Below are positions 27,431-36,395 of a DNA stretch of 45,161 nucleotides, piece by piece. Position 1 is the first letter of the stretch. Each line of letters opens with the position of its first letter. Location of the stretch: assembly GCA_903822015.1 (NCBI GenBank), contig CAIJNQ010000070.1, positions 1-45,161 on the forward strand, read 5' to 3'. This DNA is from an uncultured Verrucomicrobia subdivision 3 bacterium (GTDB lineage: Bacteria; Verrucomicrobiota; Verrucomicrobiia; Limisphaerales; UBA11358). Under the pieces are notes generated by a model, which searched no databases, was not told the DNA's origin, and was given only the letters and a program-made list of their open reading frames with translations. Both the position numbers and the translations under genes were made by a program.

Positions 27431-28045
27431 ATGGCATACGAACTCCCCCCCCTGCCTTATGACAAGGCCGCCCTCGAACCCCACTTTGACGCGTTGACGA
27501 TGGAAATCCATCATGATCGCCATCACAAGGCTTACGTGGACAACCTCAACAAATCCATCGCCGGCAACGCCGCGCTGGAAGCCAAATCCCTCGAAGCGCT
27601 CATCGGCGACCTCGGCTCCGTGCCGGAAGGTATCCGCGGCCCCGTGCGCAACAACGGCGGCGGCCATTGGAACCACTCTTTTTTCTGGAAAATTCTCGCG
27701 CCCAACGCCGGCGGCGCGCCCACCGGCAAGCTTGCCGACGCAATCAACAGCACATTCGGTTCGTTCTCGGAGTTTCAGGCAAAGTTCGAAGCCGCTGGCA
27801 TCGGCCGTTTCGGCAGTGGCTGGGCCTGGCTCGTCTCCCACGGCGGTAAACTGGAAATTGTTTCCACGCCAAATCAGGATAATCCTCTCATGGGCAAGGC
27901 TGTCTCCGGTGTGGAAGGCAAAGTCGTTCTGGGCGTGGACGTTTGGGAACATGCTTACTACCTCAAATACCAGAACAAACGCGCGGATTATCTGAAGGCA
28001 TTCTGGCACGTGGTGAACTGGGCGGTGGTAGCTCGCAATTTCTAA
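27431..28045 (+). CDS. sodA: superoxide dismutase, Mn-type
   Basis: 204 aa. [36 protein letters not shown]; [13 protein letters not shown] (GGGH rather than AAQ favours the Mn type); FGSGWAWLV; NQDNP; [13 protein letters not shown]. Confidence 0.9.
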   Translation: MAYELPPLPYDKAALEPHFDALTMEIHHDRHHKAYVDNLNKSIAGNAALEAKSLEALIGDLGSVPEGIRGPVRNNGGGHWNHSFFWKILAPNAGGAPTGKLADAINSTFGSFSEFQAKFEAAGIGRFGSGWAWLVSHGGKLEIVSTPNQDNPLMGKAVSGVEGKVVLGVDVWEHAYYLKYQNKRADYLKAFWHVVNWAVVARNF

Positions 28046-28098
28046 TCGCAAGTCACTGCTACCGGCAGATGGCTATGCCTTTTATAGAAGCCAGACAG

Positions 28099-28134
28099 AA
28101 TACGCGCCGATTTTTTTCGGCGCGTATTTTTATT
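28099..28134 (+). terminator. rho-independent terminator of sodA
   Basis: Perfect 12-bp stem aatacgcgccga (28099-28110) and tcggcgcgtatt (28117-28128) with a 6-nt T loop, followed by TTTATT. It lies 54 nt after the sodA stop. Confidence 0.85.
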
Positions 28135-28406
28135 GCCGGTTACGCCAGCTATCGCGGCCGCAGTCTGAGGGAGGCGACGCAGCCGCCAGAGGAGTAACTG
28201 TAAAAAACCAGGGGCACAAAACGGTTTATATGGGATGATTCATGGCAGCATCTTCCCCCTCTTGCGGTTTTCATTCGGCTCGCTGAATAAGTCATGACAT
28301 CAATGTAATTTTTAATTAAAGTTCCACTTGTTTTAGATCTTTTTATCTTCGTCAGATAAACCGGCGGGGATTACGAGAGCAGCCACTTTGGCTGAAAGAA
28401 TATAAA

Positions 28407-31286
28407 ATGATGCCATTTTTCGCGCTAAATCGTTTTTTTGGCCGCTTTCCGGTGCAAGTGTCGCTGGTCGCTCTGGCCGTTTATGCGCTCACGCTGGCGC
28501 ACGGCGTAACCATCAGTAGCTTGGGGCTGACCGGCAAAATTGCCGGCTGGGATTACCAGCCGTTGACAGTCCAGCCTTTGTTCTGGCTGCTCACTCTGCC
28601 GGTGCACCTGTTGCCGTCCGGGATTATCCCATTGGCTTTGAATTTATTCTCGGCTGTTTGTGCGGCGACCACGCTTGGTTTTCTGGCCGGCACATTGCAA
28701 CTGGCCGCTTGGGACCGGCCTCTGGATAACCTGCCCGGCTGGCGTGCCCGGTTGCCGTTGATGCTCGCAGTCGTGGGGTGCGGCCTGGAATACAATTTCT
28801 GGCAGGCGGCCACCCAGGCCACCGGCGAAGCGCTGCAAATCCTGCTGCTGGCTGCCGCCATCTGGTGCGGTTTCAAATACCGTGTGACCCGGGAGCTGGT
28901 CTGGCTGCGGGCGGCCGCCTTCATCTGGGGCCTCGGCCTGGTCGAGAACTGGATGATGCTCGTCACCCTCCCCTTGTTTGTTGCCTCCCTGATCTGGCTG
29001 GGAAAATTGCGGGTGTTGAATGGCCGCGTACTCGGTGGCTTGGCGTTGGCTGGGTTGGCGGGCTTCTCCATTTTTGCCGTTTTGCCCACGGTCAACGGGT
29101 TTCGGCCGGATTCATCCCTCCGCCTGGGTGAGGCTTGGTGGGACGCCCTGATTGGTTTGAAAAATATCGTTTTCAACGGTTATGTGGTTTTTTTGAGGGG
29201 AAACAAACTGACCGCGATGGTGGGCCTGCTTTATTTTCTGTTACCTTTGCTGCCAGCTTTGATCGGAGTGCGGGATGAGGGAACCAAAAATGTATCACCC
29301 TTGGTCCGCTATCAGGTTTGGTTTCACCGGCTCCTGCGGGCGGGGTTACTCTTGGCGTGCCTGTGGCTGGCCTTTGACCCCAAGATCGGATTGCGGCAAA
29401 TTCTCCACGGACGGATTGGCTTGACCGAGCCGCTGTTGAGTTTCGACTACCTGGTGGGCTTGTGTACGGGCTTTCTGGCCGGCAACCTCTTACTGGCATT
29501 ATTCGGAGAGGAAACCCGCCGCCGCCGCCGCCAACCGGCGACATTTGGATTCGCCGTTCCGGTAATGATGACTTTTCTGGCCTTGCTGCTGGCGGGATTA
29601 CTGCTGCGCAATGCGAAAGCCATCACTCAGCCCAACCGCCAGCCATTGGCCCAGTTTGGCCAGATGGCCTTGAGCAGCCTGCCGGCCGGCGGCGGCCTGG
29701 TCCTGAGCGATGAATCGTTGCGGGTCACGTCTTTTTTCGCCGCCGCCGCCGCGCAGCCCCGGGGCCGGGAATGGCTCGCAATCAATACTGAATGGCTGCC
29801 GATTCCCGAATATCGTCGCTGGTTGACCCGCCGATATCCGGAGCGATGGCTTGTCACCACCAACCGGGGAAATTTGACGGCAACCGAAATGCTGGCGCAA
29901 ATGGAAGGACTCATCCAATCCAACCGGGTTTATTACCTGCACCCCAGTTTTGGCACTTACTTTGATGCTTTCTATTTGGAAACCGCCGGTTCGGTCTTCG
30001 AGGTTAAAAAATATGTCTCACGCGCGGTGAACCCGCCCCCTTTGACCGACGACTCCCTGGCTAGAACGGAAGCCTTTTGGGACTCCCTGGAACCGCAATT
30101 GGCCGCACTCGCCCATAGCTGCGCGGCGGCTAAGCCGGATTCAAAGGATTTTGGCGGGTTTATGGCCAAGCATTTATATTGGCAGCCGGTGCCGCCCTTT
30201 CAGAGCCAGATTCTCGCGGGTTGGTATGCCATGGCGCTTAATGATTGGGGGGTGCAATTGCAGCGGGCCGGGAAACTGGCGGCTGCCGCCAAGCGTTTCG
30301 GGCAGGCCATTGAGTTGAATGCGATGAACCCGGCGGCTAGAATCAACCTGCAAGTCAACACGAACCTGCTGGCCGGCCACCAGCTGAACCTGTCCGGCGT
30401 AAATACCCTGGCATCCGAACTGGGTGACGCCAGGCAGTTTTCCCGATTCCTGCTAGCCTTTGGCCCGGTGGACGAACCGGCCTTCTGCCAGTTGACGGGC
30501 GCAACCTTCTGCAACGCGGGTCTGCTCCGCCAGGCGCTGCAACAATTCGAGCGCGCCGGGGCTCTGGTGCCCGGCAATCCGGTCCCCCAACTCGCTCTAG
30601 CCGAAGTTTACAGCCGCTGCGGTTTTGATGACAAAGCCCGTCTCATCATTGACCGGCTGCGCAAAGAACTTCCGCCGACCCTACTCCGAACCAATTATGT
30701 GGATGTGCAACTGGCACTGCTCGATGCTCGCTTGTGGTTTGCCCAGAAAAATCTCGACAAAACGCGCAATTCGTTGCAAGCCCTTTTGCTTGAATATCCC
30801 GGCGACACCCGGGTGGAAACCCGTATTGTCAATGCCTATCTAGGCTTTGGCGATTTTACCAATGCCCTCCGGTTGCTGGACTCCCAACTAACCCGAACGC
30901 CGGACGACCCGGAGGCGTTAAATTTGCAGTCCTCCATCTTGATTCAAGCGGGTCGGGGAACTGAGGCTATCCCTATCCTGGACCATCTGCTTACGCTGAC
31001 TAACCTGCCCTCCGCCCGCCTTAATCATGCCTATGCCAGACTCGTCACCACCAACCTTGCGGCCGCGGCAATTGAATACCGTGAGTTGGAACAGGCTGGC
31101 GCGGACCCGGCCCTGGTCAATTATGGCCTGGCGATCATCGCCGAACAAAATCACGACACCAATCTAGCTGTCCATTATTGGCAAATTTGCCTCACCAACT
31201 CCCCCCCCGGTTCCCGGCTCTGGCAGCAGGCCGACTTCCGCCGGCAAACTCTTCAGAAAGGTGCCGGACCTAAAAGTAGCCAGTAA
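28407..31286 (+). CDS. large polytopic membrane protein with C-terminal TPR repeats (possible DUF2723/PMT-like glycosyltransferase; function tentative)
   Basis: 959 aa. The first 420 or so residues contain at least 10 hydrophobic segments; an RRRRR stretch lies inside this region, between hydrophobic segments. The soluble C-terminal half contains TPR-like repeats (AAAKRFGQAIELNAMNPAARINL; ALQQFERAGALVPGNPVPQLALAEVYSRCGFDDKA; NALRLLDSQLTRTPDDPEALN). It is preceded by an unusually AT-rich 200-bp leader. Confidence 0.75.
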   Translation: MMPFFALNRFFGRFPVQVSLVALAVYALTLAHGVTISSLGLTGKIAGWDYQPLTVQPLFWLLTLPVHLLPSGIIPLALNLFSAVCAATTLGFLAGTLQLAAWDRPLDNLPGWRARLPLMLAVVGCGLEYNFWQAATQATGEALQILLLAAAIWCGFKYRVTRELVWLRAAAFIWGLGLVENWMMLVTLPLFVASLIWLGKLRVLNGRVLGGLALAGLAGFSIFAVLPTVNGFRPDSSLRLGEAWWDALIGLKNIVFNGYVVFLRGNKLTAMVGLLYFLLPLLPALIGVRDEGTKNVSPLVRYQVWFHRLLRAGLLLACLWLAFDPKIGLRQILHGRIGLTEPLLSFDYLVGLCTGFLAGNLLLALFGEETRRRRRQPATFGFAVPVMMTFLALLLAGLLLRNAKAITQPNRQPLAQFGQMALSSLPAGGGLVLSDESLRVTSFFAAAAAQPRGREWLAINTEWLPIPEYRRWLTRRYPERWLVTTNRGNLTATEMLAQMEGLIQSNRVYYLHPSFGTYFDAFYLETAGSVFEVKKYVSRAVNPPPLTDDSLARTEAFWDSLEPQLAALAHSCAAAKPDSKDFGGFMAKHLYWQPVPPFQSQILAGWYAMALNDWGVQLQRAGKLAAAAKRFGQAIELNAMNPAARINLQVNTNLLAGHQLNLSGVNTLASELGDARQFSRFLLAFGPVDEPAFCQLTGATFCNAGLLRQALQQFERAGALVPGNPVPQLALAEVYSRCGFDDKARLIIDRLRKELPPTLLRTNYVDVQLALLDARLWFAQKNLDKTRNSLQALLLEYPGDTRVETRIVNAYLGFGDFTNALRLLDSQLTRTPDDPEALNLQSSILIQAGRGTEAIPILDHLLTLTNLPSARLNHAYARLVTTNLAAAAIEYRELEQAGADPALVNYGLAIIAEQNHDTNLAVHYWQICLTNSPPGSRLWQQADFRRQTLQKGAGPKSSQ

Positions 31287-31491
31287 CCGGGCAAGTGGTT
31301 AACCATGAAAAATCAATGGCCCATCCCGATCGTCGCCGGTTATTTGAGCGGCCAAACGGAAGTGTTTGGTGGTTCACCCCTAACTTATATCAGCCATGGC
31401 AACGAATCATGTAACGAGTGATCGGTCACCTGGGGGGAATACAGCGGCCCCATGAAACCTAGGGGGGTGTTACCGAACGGTTTAGAATATT

Positions 31492-31854
31492 TTAAATGCC
31501 GCGAGTGTTCGCAATCTGGTTCCCTTTGCCGAGGACAATGACGCGCGGCTTCCATTTTTTGGCGGCCTTTTTGCCAACCGCAGCAAAGCTCATGATGGTC
31601 AGCAAATCACCTTTCTTGCCCAGGTGCGCCACCGCGCCGTTCATGATGATTTCGCCGGCGCCGCGTTTGCCCTTGATCACGTAGGTTTCCCAGCGATTCC
31701 CATTGGCCATGTTGCCGCAGAGGATCTTTTCATACTCCTGCAAGCCGCATTTTTCCATGAGGTCGGCGGCAATAGTCAGGCTGCCTTCATAATTCACATC
31801 GCCGCCGGTGACGATGGCGCGGTGGATCTTTGATTTGAGCAAAAAAACATCCAT
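31492..31854 (-). CDS. panD: aspartate 1-decarboxylase (pyruvoyl-dependent)
   Basis: 120 aa. LKSKIHRAIVTGGDVNYEGSLTI contains the Gly-Ser self-cleavage site. ETYVIKG, IIMNGAVAHL. Confidence 0.93.
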   Translation of the reverse strand: MDVFLLKSKIHRAIVTGGDVNYEGSLTIAADLMEKCGLQEYEKILCGNMANGNRWETYVIKGKRGAGEIIMNGAVAHLGKKGDLLTIMSFAAVGKKAAKKWKPRVIVLGKGNQIANTRGI

Positions 31855-31860
31855 GATGGT

Positions 31861-32430
31861 TTACTTTAATTTGAGAAAGTTTTTTAAAATCGTCCGGCCG
31901 CTCTCCGTGAGAATGCTTTCCGGGTGGAACTGCACGCCCCAAATCGGCAATGTCTTGTGCTTTACGCCCATGACCTCGCCTTCGTCAGTCTCCGCGGTGA
32001 TCTCCAGGACTTCGGGCAGCGTGTCGCGCTTGATGACGAGCGAATGATAACGGGTAGCGAGAAACGGATTGGGCATCCCTGCGAATAAATCCTTTCCGTT
32101 GTGCTTAATTGCCGAGGTTTTGCCGTGCATCATGCGATAATTCACGACGACTTCGGCGCCGAATGTGTGCCCGATACACTGGTGCCCCAGGCACACCCCG
32201 AAAATTGGAATGCCTTCGCCGGCAAAGGTGCGGATGACCTCATTGGACAGCCCGGCTTCCCGGGGCGAACACGGCCCGGGCGAGACGAGGATGCGCTCCG
32301 GCTTGAGCGAGCGGATTTGGTCGATGGTAATTTCGTCGTTCCGTCGGACCTCCATGCCCACCCCGGATTCGCCCAGATACTGTACGAGGTTGTAGGTGAA
32401 CGAATCGTAATTGTCCAAAACCAAAATCAT
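31861..32430 (-). CDS. anthranilate/aminodeoxychorismate synthase component II (glutamine amidotransferase)
   Basis: The track ORF extends to 32487, but ATG at 32430 gives the canonical start [35 protein letters not shown] (nucleophile Cys), [14 protein letters not shown] cannot separate TrpG from PabA by eye. Confidence 0.9.
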   Translation of the reverse strand: MILVLDNYDSFTYNLVQYLGESGVGMEVRRNDEITIDQIRSLKPERILVSPGPCSPREAGLSNEVIRTFAGEGIPIFGVCLGHQCIGHTFGAEVVVNYRMMHGKTSAIKHNGKDLFAGMPNPFLATRYHSLVIKRDTLPEVLEITAETDEGEVMGVKHKTLPIWGVQFHPESILTESGRTILKNFLKLK

Positions 32431-32594
32431 TTCGTGGCACAGAAAATACACCATTTGTTCGAAAACAAAAGCGGAAAGGATTTTCAAGCCCGGGATAAAA
32501 CCTGAATATTCGGCTCCTCCTTTAACTCTTGGGTCAAAAACCTGTTTTTTTCCTGATTTCTAATGTTGGCTCCTAGACCGACGGCCAGTCCCGC

Positions 32595-34037
32595 TTACAA
32601 AAATGGCGCAAACAGCCGGCTGATCGCGTCGCGCAATTTTACCAGAACCGTTCGCGCGTCGACTTCGGACAGGGTCACCTCGTGGGCGCCGCGCATTTTA
32701 TTTTTCAGCACCAGTGCCATTTTGCCCGCAAAATCTCGGCCGTAACCCTCTAGGTTTAACTCAAAATTAAGTCTTAGGCTGCGCGCGTCCCAGTTGGCGG
32801 AACCCAGCAGCACCCAGTGCCCGTCAACGATCATCAACTTCGAGTGATCGAAGGGCGGCGGCGTGAGCCAGATGTGGCAGCCGCGCTGGAGCACCTGCCA
32901 CCAGAGGGCGCGCGAGGCCCAATGCACGAACGGCAGATTATTTTTCGCAGGCAGGATGATGTCCACGCGGACGCCCCGGAGCGCGGCGAGGTTGAGCGCG
33001 GAGACTAGTGCAATGTCGGGCAGAAAATATGGCGTCAGGATTTGCACGGATGTCTGCGCCTCCGCCAGGGCGGCCAGCAGGGTCCAGCGCAATTTGTCAT
33101 AATCCGCATCCGGTCCGTCCGTGATCACGCGGGCGATGATGTTGCCGGCTTCTTTCAATTCAGGAAACCAGGTCTCCCCGTCCAGCCCCTCACCGGTGGT
33201 GAACGCCCAGTCGTTCACAAAAGCTTCCTGCAAGCGCGTTACCACCGGGCCCTCGACGCGAAAATGCAGGTCTTGTACCGGACTTTTGGGCTGGCTGCTG
33301 AGCACGTTGCCGTGGCGGATGTTCATGCCGCCGGTGAATGCAGTTTGACCGTCCACGACCAGAATCTTGCGATGATTGCGAAGATTGATGGTGGCTACGC
33401 GCCAGGGTTGCAGCAGCGACGATGGCAGGAATCTTCCGAAGGGTATTTTCGCCTGGCGCAGTTTCCGGGTGATCGGCGGCCACGAGTAGCGAGTGCCGGC
33501 GGCATCAATCAGCACGCGCACCGCCACCCCCCGATCCACAGCCCGGCGCAATCCCTCCACGAACCGGGTGCCGGTCTCGTCATTGTCAAATATGTAGCTG
33601 GTAAGCGAGATGGTTTTTTTTGCCGTATCGATCGCCGCGAGCATGGCGGGAAAGGCCTCGTCACCGTTGATGAGCGGTTCAATTCTATTGTCAGGCGTCA
33701 ACGGTCGTTCCACCACGCGGCCCACCACGCGGGCCAGCAGCTTCAAGTGTTCCGCCCCGGCAGGCTCGGTTTCCCCGAGGGCTTCGGGTATCGGCCGGCT
33801 GATGGTTTTGTGCACGCCCAGCTGGATGGCGCGGCGACGGATGCGATTGACGCCGAGCGCGAGGTAGAGCACGGGGCCGAACACTGGCAGCATCCAGACA
33901 ATGCCAATCCAGATCGTCGCCGATCGGGTATCCCGTTTGTGCAGCAGCGCATGGCAGGAGGCAAGCACGCAGGCCAGAAAATCAAACCCGGCCGCGAAGT
34001 GCAGCCAGAGTCCCGCCAGTTTATCCAGCCAGTTCAT
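32595..34037 (-). CDS. cls: cardiolipin synthase (PLD superfamily, two HKD motifs)
   Basis: 480 aa. Two N-terminal TM helices. HKD motif 1: NHRKILVVDGQTAFTGGMN. HKD motif 2: FDHSKLMIVDGHWVLLGSANWD. Confidence 0.92.
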   Translation of the reverse strand: MNWLDKLAGLWLHFAAGFDFLACVLASCHALLHKRDTRSATIWIGIVWMLPVFGPVLYLALGVNRIRRRAIQLGVHKTISRPIPEALGETEPAGAEHLKLLARVVGRVVERPLTPDNRIEPLINGDEAFPAMLAAIDTAKKTISLTSYIFDNDETGTRFVEGLRRAVDRGVAVRVLIDAAGTRYSWPPITRKLRQAKIPFGRFLPSSLLQPWRVATINLRNHRKILVVDGQTAFTGGMNIRHGNVLSSQPKSPVQDLHFRVEGPVVTRLQEAFVNDWAFTTGEGLDGETWFPELKEAGNIIARVITDGPDADYDKLRWTLLAALAEAQTSVQILTPYFLPDIALVSALNLAALRGVRVDIILPAKNNLPFVHWASRALWWQVLQRGCHIWLTPPPFDHSKLMIVDGHWVLLGSANWDARSLRLNFELNLEGYGRDFAGKMALVLKNKMRGAHEVTLSEVDARTVLVKLRDAISRLFAPFL

Positions 34038-34135
34038 ACGCGATCATCTTCAACCGGACCGACGCCCGGCGCAAGTCTGACTGGCCCATTTGAAAAGGTT
34101 TGCCCCGTTCGCGAGTGAGGCTATTTATCCGTGAA

Positions 34136-36337
34136 TTACCCCTCAGATGCACCGGCCTTTTTCAGCGTGACCATTCTCGGCGATACCCTTTGTTTGATCC
34201 CACCATGGCCGCCTGGTAAAAAAATATCCTGAGGAATTTCAGGGTTTGTTTTCTGGTCCTGCCTGATGCTGGGTTCAACCTGAAATGTGGCCAGGCAAAC
34301 CGCTGCGACCGCCGGATCGTTCAGGCAAAGCGTTCCGTCGTTGATTCTCGGGGCCGGACTGCCTTTGAGGTGTATCGGAAAGCGCTCGCTTAATGATCGC
34401 GCGTAACTCATGAAATCCACAAAGCCTTCGCCCAGAGCCTGCTTGCGGCTGACCAGCCGGAACCTGCCCCGGCTGCCCGGCGCGACGTGCTTCATCAATT
34501 CCACCGCCATCCGCCCCATCGTGTAGCGTGGATTGATTTCCACCACCGGCTTGAGCCGGATCATTCCCGCCGCGTCGCGATAGGCAAATGCGTCGATGCC
34601 GACCGGGCCGAAGTAATCGGCGCGGCGAAGCTCCTCTCCCAGCAAAGCAAATACATCCACATGAAGCGCGTGCATTCGCTGCGCAATGTCCGGCGGCTCC
34701 GGAAACAGCGCGATCAAATCTGCGGGTATTTTTTTCTGGTGCCCCGGCAATGCCACATTGGCTTGGTACTGGCCGCGCGCGTCGTTGATCAATCCGGTGT
34801 AACCGCACAGCTTTATGCCCTCTTCCGTCATTTCCAGTTGCACAGAATAATCCAGTGCGCGTTCCAGCCACGGCTCGACGACCAACTGGCGATGATTGCT
34901 TAATGCCTGGCTGATCCAGCGGCGGTGTGACTCCCGCAACTCCGGCTCAAACAGGCGGATTGCGTTGCTGCCCGCCAGACCGACAGCCTCTTTGACGATG
35001 ATGTTGTGATGCCCGCGTTCCCGGATAATCGTGATGGCGGCCAATGCTTCGTCCAAGATATTTACCGGCACACCGATTTCGTATTCTTGGCAGAGCCAGT
35101 CGCATGAATGGCTCCGGACAATTTTTCCGAGCAGCGCTGCGCTCCACGCCTTCGAGTAAAGCTTCGTGATTTCCGGATTGGCACTGCCACTGGCGGTGCG
35201 TTTCTCCCCGGTGAGAGTGGCGAACAGGGGTTCCAGCAATTCCACGCTATCCGGCCCCCACGCCCACGGCCGCAAACGGCCGAGCTTGCGTCCGGCCAGT
35301 CCGAGGAGCTTTTCCCGTTCCACAAATTCCGGCAGCGCAAAGCCCGCCTGTTTGATCCGGCTCAGAAATTCGACTGACGGTTTTTTCCCCACCAGCACGA
35401 TATCATCCTGCCGGCAGAGAAACTGGGGCAGATTCTCCAGGTCGCTGGCCAGCCGGGCCTGGTGCTTAGTGGGATTAAACGCTTTGCCGTGCGCGAGGCG
35501 GGCCTCGGCCAGGGGATTTAAGACAAACACATTCGGTGTGCGACCCTTTGACTGTGAAAAAACCTCCAGCTCAGCAATGAATTGCGCGTCAAGTCCCGCC
35601 GCCCGGCGGCCTTCAACATTCAGCGTCATGCCCTTGGCCCGTTGCGGCGACAGTGGAAATTTGAGCTGGCGGCAAAAAGCTTCCCAGTCGCTATCCTTGG
35701 GGTTTTTCCAGCGGCGAAACCATTTCAGGCCGTAGGCGACATGGCCAATTTCGTCCCGGTATATCTTTTCAAGTAATCGGGCGGTGGGCGCGTCGCCCAC
35801 CGCCGCGAACCCTTGCGCGAAGTGCCGCGCGAAATCCAGATTTGCCTGCTCAAAGGTCAGGCAGAGGCTGGAGACATAATCCATGGGGTTTTCCATCACG
35901 GAAACCGAGCGCCAGAAATAACCGCTGACCGGCAGCTCGCCAAAATGGATGCCGCATTCTTTCATGCGCCGGATATAGAGTTGCGTATGCTCCTGCTCGT
36001 CCTTGAGCGTCTGGTAAACCCCTTTACGAAAGGCGGCGGGCGCCTCCGGAAAACGCAGCAGCACCAGCGCCATCAATTCGGTGGCGAGCAATTCGTGGTT
36101 CGCAAAGAAATGCAGCAGTTTTCCGCGTTCCGCCTCCCGTTCCAGATTTCTGGTGCCGGGAAAACTGTCGCGCGCCTCCCCAGTGGCCTTGAACCGCAAC
36201 TCCGCCGGCCGGCCGGGTGCCGTCGGGGTGGCAAGCGCCGGGCCGGGCCTTTCATCGCTGATCTCCACCGGTTGCTGGAGTTTTTCCTCCAGTGTCGTCG
36301 CGAACAAAACGCGTTCGGCAAATTCATGTAGTTCCAT
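34136..36337 (-). CDS. fusion protein: N-terminal DUF455-type ferritin-like di-iron domain plus C-terminal ATP-grasp-like domain
   Basis: The track ORF reaches 36451 but would then overlap the ZIP gene by 56 nt. ATG 36337 (MELHEFAERVLF) leaves a 58-nt spacer. The N-terminal half has di-iron carboxylate-type motifs FFANHELLATELMA, LKDEQEHTQLY (ExxH), TFEQANLDFARH, YRDEIGHVAYG (ExxH). The C-terminal half has ATP-grasp-like elements: IIVKEAVGLAGSNAIRL, LVVEPWLE, PVGIDAFAY...LKPVVEINPRYTMG. Confidence 0.7.
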   Translation of the reverse strand: MELHEFAERVLFATTLEEKLQQPVEISDERPGPALATPTAPGRPAELRFKATGEARDSFPGTRNLEREAERGKLLHFFANHELLATELMALVLLRFPEAPAAFRKGVYQTLKDEQEHTQLYIRRMKECGIHFGELPVSGYFWRSVSVMENPMDYVSSLCLTFEQANLDFARHFAQGFAAVGDAPTARLLEKIYRDEIGHVAYGLKWFRRWKNPKDSDWEAFCRQLKFPLSPQRAKGMTLNVEGRRAAGLDAQFIAELEVFSQSKGRTPNVFVLNPLAEARLAHGKAFNPTKHQARLASDLENLPQFLCRQDDIVLVGKKPSVEFLSRIKQAGFALPEFVEREKLLGLAGRKLGRLRPWAWGPDSVELLEPLFATLTGEKRTASGSANPEITKLYSKAWSAALLGKIVRSHSCDWLCQEYEIGVPVNILDEALAAITIIRERGHHNIIVKEAVGLAGSNAIRLFEPELRESHRRWISQALSNHRQLVVEPWLERALDYSVQLEMTEEGIKLCGYTGLINDARGQYQANVALPGHQKKIPADLIALFPEPPDIAQRMHALHVDVFALLGEELRRADYFGPVGIDAFAYRDAAGMIRLKPVVEINPRYTMGRMAVELMKHVAPGSRGRFRLVSRKQALGEGFVDFMSYARSLSERFPIHLKGSPAPRINDGTLCLNDPAVAAVCLATFQVEPSIRQDQKTNPEIPQDIFLPGGHGGIKQRVSPRMVTLKKAGASEG

Positions 36338-36395
36338 GAAACAGTGAAGTGCTATCAATAACGTGGTCGGATGGCCAGCCTGGGCTGGCGGAATT

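Noticed and set aside
27368-28051. 227-aa minus-strand ORF covering the sodA locus
   Set aside because: It is antisense to a textbook Mn-SOD sequence, so it is a shadow frame.
31201-31208. C8 homopolymer near the 3' end of the TPR membrane protein gene
   Set aside because: A slip here would alter only the last 26 or so residues, so it is unlikely to act as a functional switch. It encodes SPPG and is probably a codon-bias by-product.
31305-31421. 38-codon plus-strand mini-ORF (MKNQWPIPIVAGYLSGQTEVFGG...) in the convergent gap between the TPR protein gene and panD
   Set aside because: It shows no hydrophobic or other structural signature and no obvious ribosome-binding site. It is indistinguishable from chance.
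33042-34118. 358-aa plus-strand ORF antisense to cardiolipin synthase
   Set aside because: Shadow ORF opposite a gene with two clear HKD motifs. Its composition is Arg/Gly/Pro-rich.
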